Shown in pieces: positions 1-10,228 of a stretch of 64,000 nt of DNA; position 1 is the first letter of the stretch, and each line of letters starts with the position of its first letter. Where the stretch lies: NCBI GenBank assembly GCA_028293825.1, contig JAQGNY010000048.1, positions 11,023-75,022 on the forward strand, written 5' to 3'. The position numbers were made by a program, and so were the translations under genes. The notes below the pieces were generated by a model, which did no database searches, was not told where the DNA came from, and was given only the letters and a program-made list of their open reading frames with translations. The DNA is from Verrucomicrobiaceae bacterium. Lineage in GTDB: Bacteria > Pseudomonadota > Gammaproteobacteria > Pseudomonadales > CAMLJR01.

Positions 1-3000
1 TACATGATTTATACATCCGGCTCCACCGGCAAGCCGAAAGGCGTTGTCGTTCCGCATCGCACCATCGTTAATTTTCTTTTCAGCATGGCGGACGAGCCTG
101 GTCTTACTCCAGCCGATCGATTGTTGGCGGTGACCACGATTTCATTCGACATTGCGGTGCTCGAATTATTCTTACCGCTGTTCGTCGGTGCGCATTTAAG
201 TATCGCCAGTCGCGACGAAACCAAAGACGGGTTTCGTTTACTCGAACGCATTCGCGAGCAGGAAATTACCGCGATGCAGGCGACGCCCAGCACGTGGCGA
301 TTATTGTTTGCAGCCGGTTGGGAGGGCGGCGCCAATTTCAAAGTATTAACCGGCGGCGAAGCGTTGCCGCAAAATCTGGCCAATGAATTATTAAATAAAG
401 TCGGCAGCGTGTGGAATATGTACGGCCCGACGGAAACCACGATTTGGTCAACGGTGGCACGCGTCGAAATCAATAAACCAGTCACGCTCGGGCAACCGAT
501 CGCAAATACCGTATTGCGTGTGGTCGATGCCGGCGGTAGCAACGTGGCGCTCGGTGTGGCCGGCGAATTATTAATTGGCGGCGAAGGTGTTACGCAGGGT
601 TATTGGCGTCGTCCCGATTTAAATATCGAGCGGTTTTTAACGCTCGATGGCACCCGTTTTTATCGCACTGGCGATTTGGTAAAGCTCGCCGCGAACGGCG
701 ATTTGCTGTATCTCGGCCGTATGGATAACCAGGTTAAATTGCGCGGTTATCGCATCGAACTCGGTGAAATCGAAACGCGGTTGGCGAATCGCGCCGAGAT
801 CGCCGAAGCCGCAGTCGTGGTCCAGGATTTTGGTGACGACGATCAGCGGTTAGTTGCGTTTTATCGTCCGCGTCTGCAAGCGCAAATTACCGTTGCGCAA
901 TTGCGCGATCATCTCGCCGCAGCGCTGCCGTCGTTTATGGTTCCGCAGCAATTTATCGAACTCGAAAAATTCCCGCAGACACCGAACGGAAAAGTCGATC
1001 GCAAAACACTGTCGTCGCCGAACATAGATGCGGCAAATAATACTGCAGCGTCGCCAGCGGCTAATTCCGCTGGCGCAGAGTCGGCCGATCCGGTGGTGCT
1101 TGAGCATTTCCGCCGCTTTCTAAAACAACCGCAGCTGCATGCCAACGCCGACTTTTTCCAAAACGGCGGCCACTCATTGCTCGCTATGCGCATGGTGGCG
1201 GAAATCAATAACAGCATGAGCGCGCAATTGGCGCTGACCGATTTATTTCAGGCGCCTACCGCTGCGGCGTTATCGGTATTGCTCACGCATAAAAATGCCG
1301 ACCAAGAATTCGCTGAAAAGAAAGTCGCAAATGCATTGCACATTCCGCGCAAAGAAAAACGCGATCGGTTTTTAATGTCGTTGCAGCAGCGCCGCCTGTG
1401 GTATCTCGAGCAATTGGAAAAAACCGGCGTTGAATATAATTTGCCGGCGAGCTGGCGCCTGCGCGGAAAATTAAATGTCACTGCGCTGCAACAGGCTTTC
1501 GATATTTTATTCGCGCGCCACGATGCACTGCGTGTGAGTTTGATCGAAGAGAGCGACGGTTTATTTCAACGCGTGCGACCGGCGGTTGCCGGTGTTTTAC
1601 AAATTCAACTACTGAGCGGCGCGAATGAAAGCGAGCGCCTTGCCGCGCTGCAAATTGAATTGCAGCAGCGCAAAACTTTCCGCTTCGATTTAGCGAACGA
1701 CACCTTATTTCAGGCTGTACTTTTCACTGTTGGGCCGGATGATCATGTGCTTTTTGTGCTTGTACACCATGCGGTTTTCGACGGCTGGTCCTTCGATATT
1801 TTACTGGCGGAGCTCGCAGAGAGTTACAACGCGGCGCTGGTCGGACGCGCGCCACAGCTGCCGGAATTACCGGTGCAGTACGGCGATTTTTCAGAGTGGA
1901 TGCGTCAGCGCACCGAAGCCAGCGACGGCACGGATTTAAATTATTGGCTGCAACATCTCGCCGGTGATTTGCCTGTGCTCGATTTGCCGTGCGGTGGCGA
2001 GCGGCCGGAGTTTCAGGAGCATCGCGGCAGCGCGCTGGATTTCGTTTTCGATGTCGATGCGATGGCGCGGTTGCGCGATTTCGCGCGCCAGCAAGGCGTC
2101 ACGTTGTACATGGTGATGATGGCCATCTATAAAGTGCTGCTGTGGCGCTACAGCGGCCAGCGCGACATTATTGTCGGCACGCCGATTTCGGGACGCAATT
2201 TCACTGAAATTAACGATCTGATCGGATTTTTCGTCAACGCATTAACGCTGCGCGATCAGTTGGAGCCAGCACAGTCGTTCGTTGAATTTTTGCAGCAAGT
2301 CAAACAAACCTGTTTAAACGGCTTCGCGCATCAGGAAGTGCCGTTTGAACAGTTAGTCGAAAAATTAAATCCGCTGCGCGATTCCAGCCGCTCGCCGATT
2401 TTCCAAGTAATGCTGATGTATCAGGACATCAGCAACCGCACCGAAGTGTTCGAAGGCATCACGCGCGAGCAAGTCAATGTCGATCGCCCCGGTGTGCAAA
2501 CCGATCTGGATTTCTGGCTGAAATGGGACGGTAAAACGATGGCTGCAGGCTTCGAATACGACCGCGATATTCTGTCTCCCGAAACAGTTGAGGCAATGCG
2601 TGCGGATTTCAGCGCGCTGGTGCAGCGTGTGCCCGAGATGGCTGCAGCTTCGGTATGGGCGCTGGCCGATATGCCGAATGCCGGCGTGCAGCACGCGCTC
2701 GGTGCGTTGAATGACACCGCTACCGATCTGCCTGCCGATGCGCTGATTCACCGCTTGTTCGAGCAACAGGTCGAACGCACGCCGGATGCCATCGCCACCC
2801 GTTACCGCAATATTCGGCTCAGCTACGCCGAGCTCAATGCGCGCGCGAATCGGATCGCGAATTGGTTGGATCAGAACGGCATAAAACCGGGTGCGATGAT
2901 TGGTGTCGCGCTGGCGCCGTCGTCATGGCTGCAGCCGGTATTGCTCGCGGTGTTGAAGCACGGCAGCACCTATGTGCCGATCGATCCGCAATTCCCGCTG

Positions 3001-4614
3001 GAGCGCATTCGCTACATGATCGACAATTCCGGGCTCGCGCTGCTGATTTGCGACGATGCGCTGGATAGTCAATTAGTGGCCGGCACTGAAGCGGCAGTCA
3101 TTCATCTGGAGGCATTGAGCAAGGCGATAGCTGCAAACGACATCGCCAATTTAAATCGAGCCATCGCTGCGGAAAGCCCGGCCTATGTGATTTACACCTC
3201 GGGCTCGACCGGCTTGCCGAAGGGTGTGGTGGTAAACCATCGCGGCGTGACTAATTATTTATTGTCGATGGCGAAGCGACCGGGTTTCACCGCGACCGAT
3301 TGCATTTTGGCGGTGACGACGCTGTCGTTCGATATCGCTGTGACGGAGTTGTTTCTGCCATTGATCTGCGGCGGCAACAGCGTGTTGGTCGACCGCGATG
3401 TTGCTACCGATGGCGATTTGCTGCGCGAAATTATCGAAACCAATGGCATCACGTTGTTGCAGGCAACACCGTCGTCGTGGCGCTTGCTGTTAGGCGCCGG
3501 TTGGACCGGCGACCGTAGCTTTCGTGCGCTATGCGGCGGCGAAGCGCTGCCGCCGGAATTGATTCATCAATTACTGCCGAAAGTGGGCGAGCTGTGGAAC
3601 GTGTATGGACCGACCGAAACTACGGTCTGGTCCACCGCCTATCATGTCCGGAGTGTCGAGGACGCCGGTGTAATCGGTACGCCGCTGGCGAACACTAGTT
3701 GCTTCATTCTCAACGAACAGCAGCAGTTGGTACCGATCGGTGTGGTCGGCGAACTGTGCATTGGCGGTGCTGGCGTGGCGGCGGGTTATTTGAATCGCCC
3801 CGATCTGACGGCCGAGCGATTCATCGATAACCCTTTTGGCGATGGCAAGCTTTATCGCACCGGCGATATGGCGCAATTGCGCGCCGACGGTTTACTGCGT
3901 TATCAGGGGCGCAGCGATCACCAAGTCAAAGTGCGTGGTTATCGCATTGAGCTCGGCGAAATCGAATCCGCGCTGGCGCAATATCCGGCCATAACGCAGG
4001 CCATTGTGATCGCACGCGAATTTCAGCCCGGTGATTATCGCCTCGTCGCTTATGTGGTCGCGAAAAAAGACGAGCCACTCGTAGTCACCGAATTGCGCAA
4101 ATTCCTGCGCGATTATTTGCCGAGCTACATGTTGCCGCAGCATGTGGTTGCGCTCGATGCCTTGCCAATGACGCCGAACTTGAAGGTGGATCGCAAAGCG
4201 TTGCCAGAGCCGGTTATCGAGGTCGATGCCGAAGCGCGCCTGCCAACCACAGAGAACGAATTATTAATCGCGGCAATTTGGTGTGAAGCGCTGCAAGTTG
4301 AGCGCGTGGTGCTCGAGGATAATTTCTTCGACAGCGGCGGACATTCGCTGACGGCGGTCGATGCGATCCGGCGCGTCTATCAACAAACCGGGCATCGCTT
4401 TGAAGTGCGTGAATTCATCATGGAAACGCTGGAGCAGCTGGCGGCGAAGCTCGATCGCGGCGCGGCTCCGGCGGCGGGTTTAGCTGAAAGTGGGACTGGG
4501 GGTGCGGCCGTGAATGGGGCTACGAGTTCGCCGTTTTCCGCGCCCGTCGAGGCCGAAAACGGCCGGGGAGTGTTGGGGCGATTTATGCGAAAATTTTCGG
4601 GTAAGGGCCCATAG
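1..4614 (+). CDS. Non-ribosomal peptide synthetase, C-terminal part (A-T-C-A-T, no TE); 5' end lies outside the window
   Basis: A3 motif YTSGSTG(K/L)PKG twice, YGPTETT twice, YRTGD twice, A10 PNGKVDRK/PNLKVDRK; T domains FFQNGGHSLL and FFDSGGHSLT; C domain HHAVFDGWS. The frame is open from base 1. Confidence 0.97.
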   Translation, partial: YMIYTSGSTGKPKGVVVPHRTIVNFLFSMADEPGLTPADRLLAVTTISFDIAVLELFLPLFVGAHLSIASRDETKDGFRLLERIREQEITAMQATPSTWRLLFAAGWEGGANFKVLTGGEALPQNLANELLNKVGSVWNMYGPTETTIWSTVARVEINKPVTLGQPIANTVLRVVDAGGSNVALGVAGELLIGGEGVTQGYWRRPDLNIERFLTLDGTRFYRTGDLVKLAANGDLLYLGRMDNQVKLRGYRIELGEIETRLANRAEIAEAAVVVQDFGDDDQRLVAFYRPRLQAQITVAQLRDHLAAALPSFMVPQQFIELEKFPQTPNGKVDRKTLSSPNIDAANNTAASPAANSAGAESADPVVLEHFRRFLKQPQLHANADFFQNGGHSLLAMRMVAEINNSMSAQLALTDLFQAPTAAALSVLLTHKNADQEFAEKKVANALHIPRKEKRDRFLMSLQQRRLWYLEQLEKTGVEYNLPASWRLRGKLNVTALQQAFDILFARHDALRVSLIEESDGLFQRVRPAVAGVLQIQLLSGANESERLAALQIELQQRKTFRFDLANDTLFQAVLFTVGPDDHVLFVLVHHAVFDGWSFDILLAELAESYNAALVGRAPQLPELPVQYGDFSEWMRQRTEASDGTDLNYWLQHLAGDLPVLDLPCGGERPEFQEHRGSALDFVFDVDAMARLRDFARQQGVTLYMVMMAIYKVLLWRYSGQRDIIVGTPISGRNFTEINDLIGFFVNALTLRDQLEPAQSFVEFLQQVKQTCLNGFAHQEVPFEQLVEKLNPLRDSSRSPIFQVMLMYQDISNRTEVFEGITREQVNVDRPGVQTDLDFWLKWDGKTMAAGFEYDRDILSPETVEAMRADFSALVQRVPEMAAASVWALADMPNAGVQHALGALNDTATDLPADALIHRLFEQQVERTPDAIATRYRNIRLSYAELNARANRIANWLDQNGIKPGAMIGVALAPSSWLQPVLLAVLKHGSTYVPIDPQFPLERIRYMIDNSGLALLICDDALDSQLVAGTEAAVIHLEALSKAIAANDIANLNRAIAAESPAYVIYTSGSTGLPKGVVVNHRGVTNYLLSMAKRPGFTATDCILAVTTLSFDIAVTELFLPLICGGNSVLVDRDVATDGDLLREIIETNGITLLQATPSSWRLLLGAGWTGDRSFRALCGGEALPPELIHQLLPKVGELWNVYGPTETTVWSTAYHVRSVEDAGVIGTPLANTSCFILNEQQQLVPIGVVGELCIGGAGVAAGYLNRPDLTAERFIDNPFGDGKLYRTGDMAQLRADGLLRYQGRSDHQVKVRGYRIELGEIESALAQYPAITQAIVIAREFQPGDYRLVAYVVAKKDEPLVVTELRKFLRDYLPSYMLPQHVVALDALPMTPNLKVDRKALPEPVIEVDAEARLPTTENELLIAAIWCEALQVERVVLEDNFFDSGGHSLTAVDAIRRVYQQTGHRFEVREFIMETLEQLAAKLDRGAAPAAGLAESGTGGAAVNGATSSPFSAPVEAENGRGVLGRFMRKFSGKGP

Positions 4615-4733
4615 CCGGGTTTACTGCAGCGCTGCTGGTTGAGGGTGTTGGTTCAATGATAGAGTCGCGAGCGCGCCAAATTGGACGGTAGGATACACAG
4701 GCTCATGCTAAACAAAGAGATAAGGAAACAATC

Positions 4734-5372
4734 ATGACTTTTTTTCTCGACATGCGATTTTTAAAAGTAGCGGCTGTAGCTCTGACCACCGCATTGTTAG
4801 GCGCTTGCGCGGTTGAACATCTTGAGGCCGGCCCGCCGCCGACAATCAACGAGTTTGCGACCGATACCAATTACCGTATCGGTGTCGGCGATGAGTTGCA
4901 TGTGCAGGTGTGGCGTAACGACGAATTGTCGGCCAAAGTGCCGGTACGTCCGGATGGAAAAATATCGTCGCCATTAGTTGGAGATATCACCGCGGCGGGT
5001 TTATCCACGCAAGAGCTGGCCAAAGCAATTACCGAAAAGCTGGGCAATTACGTGCGCAATCCCGAAGTGACTGTCATCGTCACCAATCCAGCCAGTGCTG
5101 ATTTTCTGCGGCGTGTGCGCGTAACCGGCGCGGTGCGTACGCCAGTGACGGTGACTTTTCGCCAAGGTATGACGGTGTTGGATGTGGTGTTGCAGGCGGG
5201 CGGTTTAACCGAGTTTGCCTCACCGGGACGCGCTCGTTTGTATCGCACAGTTGAAGGCCGCACTAAGATTTATCCGGTCGATCTCGATGCGGTTCTGCAA
5301 AAAGGCGATCTGCGCACCAACTACACTCTGTATCCGTCTGATGTCGTGACGGTTCCCGAAAGAAGTTTCTAA
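4734..5372 (+). CDS. Polysaccharide export OPX/Wza-family lipoprotein (XrtA-system type, short form)
   Basis: Lipobox LLGAC; YRIGVGDELHVQVW and VRPDGKISSPLVG (Poly_export); SLBB domain; RBS AAGGAA. Confidence 0.93.
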   Translation: MTFFLDMRFLKVAAVALTTALLGACAVEHLEAGPPPTINEFATDTNYRIGVGDELHVQVWRNDELSAKVPVRPDGKISSPLVGDITAAGLSTQELAKAITEKLGNYVRNPEVTVIVTNPASADFLRRVRVTGAVRTPVTVTFRQGMTVLDVVLQAGGLTEFASPGRARLYRTVEGRTKIYPVDLDAVLQKGDLRTNYTLYPSDVVTVPERSF

Positions 5373-5394
5373 GTTTTTTGCAGCGGAGTTCTCA

Positions 5395-6918
5395 ATGCAA
5401 ACGTCGTTGCCGGAGCAATGGGCTAACGCCATCCTTAAAGAACTCAATCAACACAAAGGCAAAGTTGTGGTGTGCTTTGCCTTTGTAATTTGTATTGTGG
5501 TGATAGCAGGATTCTTGTGGCCGAAAAAATACGAAGCATCAACAATTGTTTTTGCTGACGATCAAAACATTATTAAGCCGTTGTTGGCAGGTCAGGCTGA
5601 GGTCACACGCCTGACCGAAAACGATCAGCTGTTAGCAGTACAGCAACGCATAACCTCGAACAATATTATGGAGCAGGTGCTGCTCGAGGCTAAGTTGGTC
5701 GACAACATCAATGATAAATACTCATTACAGCCGAAAATTCGCGCGCTAATTAATGGATTGAAAATCGATCAAGCCGGCCGCAATCGCATAAAGATTTCCT
5801 TTCGCGACAAAGATGCGAGCAAGGCCTACATAGTGACTTCCGCAATTACGAATGTGTTTATTCGCGACAGCGCTCGTACTAAGCGCGAGGAGAGCGGCGA
5901 AGCCTATACATTTATCGATAACCAAGTGAAAACGTACAAGGATCAATTACAGTCTGCTGAGGATAAGCTCAAAGAATTCCGAACTGCGAATCCTGGCGCG
6001 AGTGATGGCACCGGCTCGAACCGCGTTGGGGATTTTCGCACCTCGATTGAAAGCCTGACGCTTGACTTGCAGGTGGCGCGCGCGCGCCGCAATGAATTAG
6101 CGCAGCAGATATCGCATGAAGGCCAATTCATTGCGCAGAGCTACAAGGCGGATGTGTATCGCAATGCGTTGACGCAGGCGCAGGCGAAGCTCGATACCCT
6201 GCGTTTGAGCTATCAGGAGACATATCCGGATATCGTATCGCTCAAACAACAAATCGAAGATTTGCGGCGATCGATCACCCAGGCCGAAGGCGAACCATCG
6301 AAGGGCAATGATCGCAGCAGCGCCGCTAATCCGGTTTATCAAAAAATTAAATCTGATTTGTCCGACGCCGAAGTCAATGTAAAAACATTGGAGCTGAAAT
6401 TAGATTCCTCGCGGCGAATGCTTGATGGCGAGATGTCGAACTCGAAACAAAATGCGGAATATCAAGCTCAGCTGGCCGAGCTGTCGCGCGATTACAATGT
6501 CACGAAGCAGATTTACGAAGATTTGTTGGAGCGCAAAGAAAAAGCGCGCATGTCAGTGGCGCTCGATGTGCAGGGGCAGGGTTTAAATTACCGCATTCAA
6601 GAGCCGCCGGTTTTTCCGACCGCGCCGGTAGGTCTGCGCTTTATTCACTTTTATCTCGCCGCACCGATATTGGGTTTCTTAATTCCGATCGGTTTATTGA
6701 TCGCCTACATTCAGCTCGATCCACGCGTTCGATTTGTTGATCGGATGGAGCTTGTATTGCCAGCCTCTGTGCAAGTCATCATGGTGGTGCCGCATATGTC
6801 AACATCGATGGCCAAGCGTATGGCCCGCGCGGAATGGAATTACTTGGCGATTTTCATCGCCGTTGTGTTGGCGGCCTATGCAATTGTCGCTGTCGTACGC
6901 TTATCGGGATTGGTGTAA
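5395..6918 (+). CDS. Polysaccharide chain-length determinant/co-polymerase (PCP, XrtA-system type)
   Basis: N-terminal TM plus WPKKYEAS, long coiled coil, YQETYPDIVSLK, LSRDYNV, Pro-rich EPPVFP before C-terminal TMs. Confidence 0.92.
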   Translation: MQTSLPEQWANAILKELNQHKGKVVVCFAFVICIVVIAGFLWPKKYEASTIVFADDQNIIKPLLAGQAEVTRLTENDQLLAVQQRITSNNIMEQVLLEAKLVDNINDKYSLQPKIRALINGLKIDQAGRNRIKISFRDKDASKAYIVTSAITNVFIRDSARTKREESGEAYTFIDNQVKTYKDQLQSAEDKLKEFRTANPGASDGTGSNRVGDFRTSIESLTLDLQVARARRNELAQQISHEGQFIAQSYKADVYRNALTQAQAKLDTLRLSYQETYPDIVSLKQQIEDLRRSITQAEGEPSKGNDRSSAANPVYQKIKSDLSDAEVNVKTLELKLDSSRRMLDGEMSNSKQNAEYQAQLAELSRDYNVTKQIYEDLLERKEKARMSVALDVQGQGLNYRIQEPPVFPTAPVGLRFIHFYLAAPILGFLIPIGLLIAYIQLDPRVRFVDRMELVLPASVQVIMVVPHMSTSMAKRMARAEWNYLAIFIAVVLAAYAIVAVVRLSGLV

Positions 6919-7712
6919 TGGCTTCCGAAGACAAAGACAATCCGTTGGTATTGCGTCCGGTATTAGACCGGCCGGGTACCAATGTGCTGAACCTCGGCGC
7001 CAAGCCGCCGATGGAAGAAGAAGACGAAGCGCGCGAAAAAATTCGCCGCATGGCTGAGGTCAGCTGGCTTAATTATTCCGAGCTGGAAGAGTTCAAAATT
7101 ATTCACCCAGGCATGCGCCAACCGAAAGTCTTGAATGCATTTCGCGAGCTGCGTACGAATTTATACAAGCTGGCCGAAGGCAAAGAAAACTTTGTACTGA
7201 TGGTCACTTCAGTGGCGCCCGAGGGTGGGGCTAGTTTTATCAGCATGAATCTCGGCGCGGTGATTGCACTCGATGAAAGCAAAACGTCGATCGTGGTGGA
7301 TTGCAATGTATACGACCCGTCGCTGCATCGTATTCTGCCAGTCGAGCCCGATTTCGGTTTGGTCGACTATTTGGAAAACGTCACGCTCGAATTAAAAGAC
7401 GTGATTTATTCGACGGGTATTCGCCGCATGCGGATGATTCCCGCCGGCAGTCGGCGTCAGCCTGGTACCGAATTTTTTACGTCGACGCGAATGAAACGCT
7501 TCGTCACCGAGTTGCGCACGCGTTATCGCGACCGCTATGTCATTGTCGATGCGCCTTCGCTTGGCAGCAGCGCCGATGCGCGAATTTTGGCGGAAATGTG
7601 CGACTACGTTTTATTGGTAGTGCCGTCGGGTCGCGTTAATGAAGCCCAAATTGCGGCCAGCATAGAAGCAGTCGGCGAGAGCAAGCTTGCTGGCGTGATA
7701 TTCAACAATTGA
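6918..7712 (+). CDS. CpsD/CapB-type BY-kinase-like protein with degenerate Walker A
   Basis: FRELRTNL, MVTSVAPEGGASF, VVDCN, YVIVDAPS, GVIFN. ATG at 6918 overlaps the TAA of the upstream gene and is preferred over the track start at 6834. Confidence 0.85.
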   Translation: MASEDKDNPLVLRPVLDRPGTNVLNLGAKPPMEEEDEAREKIRRMAEVSWLNYSELEEFKIIHPGMRQPKVLNAFRELRTNLYKLAEGKENFVLMVTSVAPEGGASFISMNLGAVIALDESKTSIVVDCNVYDPSLHRILPVEPDFGLVDYLENVTLELKDVIYSTGIRRMRMIPAGSRRQPGTEFFTSTRMKRFVTELRTRYRDRYVIVDAPSLGSSADARILAEMCDYVLLVVPSGRVNEAQIAASIEAVGESKLAGVIFNN

Positions 7713-7764
7713 TTTTTTGTTTTAAATTATTTTTTAAGCGCGACAGCAGGCGAGAGATTTCGGA

Positions 7765-9069
7765 ATGAAAATTAAAATTACTGGCGCCTGTAAACCGGCT
7801 GTTCTGGGTATTTGTTTCAGTGGCTTGGCGCATCCAGCGTTTGCGATAAGCGATTTAACTTTTTCCGCCGGCGCGGGTTTGGAAGCGCACGACAATGCTG
7901 GGCTTGTACACAGTGATGAAAAATCCGATACCAAACGGCTTATCAATGCCGATGTCGGTTACAAGAAAACCGATGGCGCTGTCATTGTCGATATGGGATA
8001 CAACGCCGAGTACGGCGACTATCAGCATAATGTACAGAGCGATGAAACAGCGATTAACGGACGCACCGCGCTGACTTGGACCATTGCGCCGCGCCAATTG
8101 GATGTTGTTTTTTCGCATCAGATTTCACAGCAATTAGCCGACCGTCGCGGACTCGATGTTGCCAGCAATCGCGAAGAGCGCTCGGTGCTGACCGGCGGTG
8201 TCGATGGGTTTTTGCATTTATCGGCAGTCGATTCCTTAGTGTTCAGTCCGCGTGTTTCGGATATTCGTTTTCAAGACAGCGACGATTCGAATTCGCGGCG
8301 CGCCACCATGACGGCAACGCTGAATCACAAGCTCAGTCGTGTTTCCGCGCTGGATTTAACCGCCGGCTACGATCACGTCACCTTCGATGAGTCGAAGAAT
8401 GATTACAACTCGCCGAATGTAATGCTGTCTTTTAATACCGCGCTGGCGCGCCTTAGTTATCAAATTGGTCTAGGTGCGAATCGTATTAAACGCGATTCGA
8501 GTGACAGCAAAGATGTGAATGGTTCAACGGTGCGCGCTGCAATCGATTACAAAGGTGATGAGGGCAGCGATTGGGGCGCGTCGTATATCCGCCAATTAAC
8601 CGACAGCTCGATCGGTCTCTCCAATTTCGAATTGTCAGTGCCTAATTTTGAATCGAACGACAGTAACTTCGATCAGTTCGATATTATTCAAAGCAACAAA
8701 GTGAATGCGTATTGGCATCAACGTATCAATGCATCTAGTCAGTTATCGCTAAGCGCGGGCTTTGAGAAGCAAGACTATAAAGAAACGCCACGCGATCAAA
8801 GTATTGCGGATGCCCAGGCAGGCTATCAGTATTCGATTAATAGCCGCTGGTCAACGGGGGTGGATGCGCAGTTCGAGCGCACTAAATTTCTCGATGATCC
8901 GAAGTCAAAATACGATACGACGCGTGTTTATTTTAATGTGACTTATCGGCCGCTGCGCCCACTTGAAATTAAATTTTCTATCGGGCAAGACAAACGCAAT
9001 GCCGATACAAGCGCGCTGAGCTATACGGATAAAGTGGCATTGATTGGGTTTAAATATAAGTTTTTCTAG
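7765..9069 (+). CDS. Outer-membrane beta-barrel associated with polysaccharide export
   Basis: Signal peptide (AHPAFA), alternating amphipathic beta-strands, C-terminal FKYKFF beta-signal; lies in the OPX/PCP operon. Confidence 0.8.
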   Translation: MKIKITGACKPAVLGICFSGLAHPAFAISDLTFSAGAGLEAHDNAGLVHSDEKSDTKRLINADVGYKKTDGAVIVDMGYNAEYGDYQHNVQSDETAINGRTALTWTIAPRQLDVVFSHQISQQLADRRGLDVASNREERSVLTGGVDGFLHLSAVDSLVFSPRVSDIRFQDSDDSNSRRATMTATLNHKLSRVSALDLTAGYDHVTFDESKNDYNSPNVMLSFNTALARLSYQIGLGANRIKRDSSDSKDVNGSTVRAAIDYKGDEGSDWGASYIRQLTDSSIGLSNFELSVPNFESNDSNFDQFDIIQSNKVNAYWHQRINASSQLSLSAGFEKQDYKETPRDQSIADAQAGYQYSINSRWSTGVDAQFERTKFLDDPKSKYDTTRVYFNVTYRPLRPLEIKFSIGQDKRNADTSALSYTDKVALIGFKYKFF

Positions 9070-9072
9070 CGG

Positions 9073-10143
9073 TTAATAGGCGCCGTAACTCTGGCTGCGC
9101 TTATTGTTACCTTTAAATTTTTCATACAAATACTGTGCCCACGATACATAGCGAACGAGTTCATCAAAATTATCGGGCATGGTCATGCGCGGAATGGCGT
9201 ACCGATAATTCGGATCAGAAGCTATTTGCGGTCCATTCAAATAACCGGGTAAAGCGCTAAATGCGGCGCTTACGCCGGCGTCACGCAATTTATTAAACAT
9301 GCGCTCGTCATATTGATCTGCCTGCCCGCTGGGATAGCAGAAAATATTACTGGGCTGTTTACATTCCTGCTTAACGCGTTTGAATGATTCGGCAATTTCA
9401 TGCGATTGCTCATCGTCGGAAAGCCCGGAAACGATTCGATGTGTGACAGTATGCGGCGCAAATTGCATACCGCGCTCTTCCATCGTACGAATTTCATCCC
9501 AGGTTGCGGGCCGCTCATCCAGTGGCGGCGCTGACGGAATACGGATTTGCAGTTCTTGGGAAATTTGTTCAACGATTTGATACGCGTTATTGGCGCCGTG
9601 TTTACGAATTGCAGCGATAACAGGGCGATGCGCTTTCGGTATTTGCAAATTGAAGGTTTGCTCTGCGCTTGCGAATTTAACCGTCACAGATGTTGCGGTG
9701 GTATTTTTCAGTAAAAAATTTAATTGATGTTCCCACTGCCACAAGTTGCCGTCGATAAAACCGGTAATTAAAAAGCAGGTCGCCGGACAATCGAATTTTG
9801 AAAATATATTACCCGCCAGTGTGACTTGTTCAGCGAAGCCATCATCGAGCGAGAATGCCACCCATTTCTCGCGCTCCAATGTTCCATTCAATGTGCGTTG
9901 AACGGCTTCCTCCAGCGAAATGAAGCGATAATTGTTTTCACAAAGATAGTTCAAGCAGCGCTCTAAGTGCACAGGGCTCAATCCGTTGACGCCAGCCTCA
10001 GGCACTTCGAGGCGATGCAGCATGAATATCGTCACGTGCGCCGGCAACAGCTGCTTGGCGATGCTATTCAGCATACGCGAAGAGGCAACATTCTTTATTA
10101 ATCGGGCGTAACGAGTATTCATGAATATCCGTGTTTGAGACAA
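9073..10143 (-). CDS. Polysaccharide deacetylase (CE4/NodB family)
   Basis: FMLHR, FSLDDG, PHTVTH, FCYPSG, IPR motifs; start may be the ATG at 10122. Confidence 0.88.
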   Translation of the reverse strand: MSQTRIFMNTRYARLIKNVASSRMLNSIAKQLLPAHVTIFMLHRLEVPEAGVNGLSPVHLERCLNYLCENNYRFISLEEAVQRTLNGTLEREKWVAFSLDDGFAEQVTLAGNIFSKFDCPATCFLITGFIDGNLWQWEHQLNFLLKNTTATSVTVKFASAEQTFNLQIPKAHRPVIAAIRKHGANNAYQIVEQISQELQIRIPSAPPLDERPATWDEIRTMEERGMQFAPHTVTHRIVSGLSDDEQSHEIAESFKRVKQECKQPSNIFCYPSGQADQYDERMFNKLRDAGVSAAFSALPGYLNGPQIASDPNYRYAIPRMTMPDNFDELVRYVSWAQYLYEKFKGNNKRSQSYGAY

Positions 10144-10228
10144 ATTGCATCTTGCTGACTGTGGGCTGACAACACCTGAGTTGATTTTACTGCATTAACG
10201 CACCTTTTAAAGTCCATAAAGAAAATGC

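Noticed and set aside
6834-6917. N-terminal extension of the kinase-like ORF in the track
   Set aside because: It overlaps the PCP gene; the TAATG coupling at 6916-6920 gives a better start.
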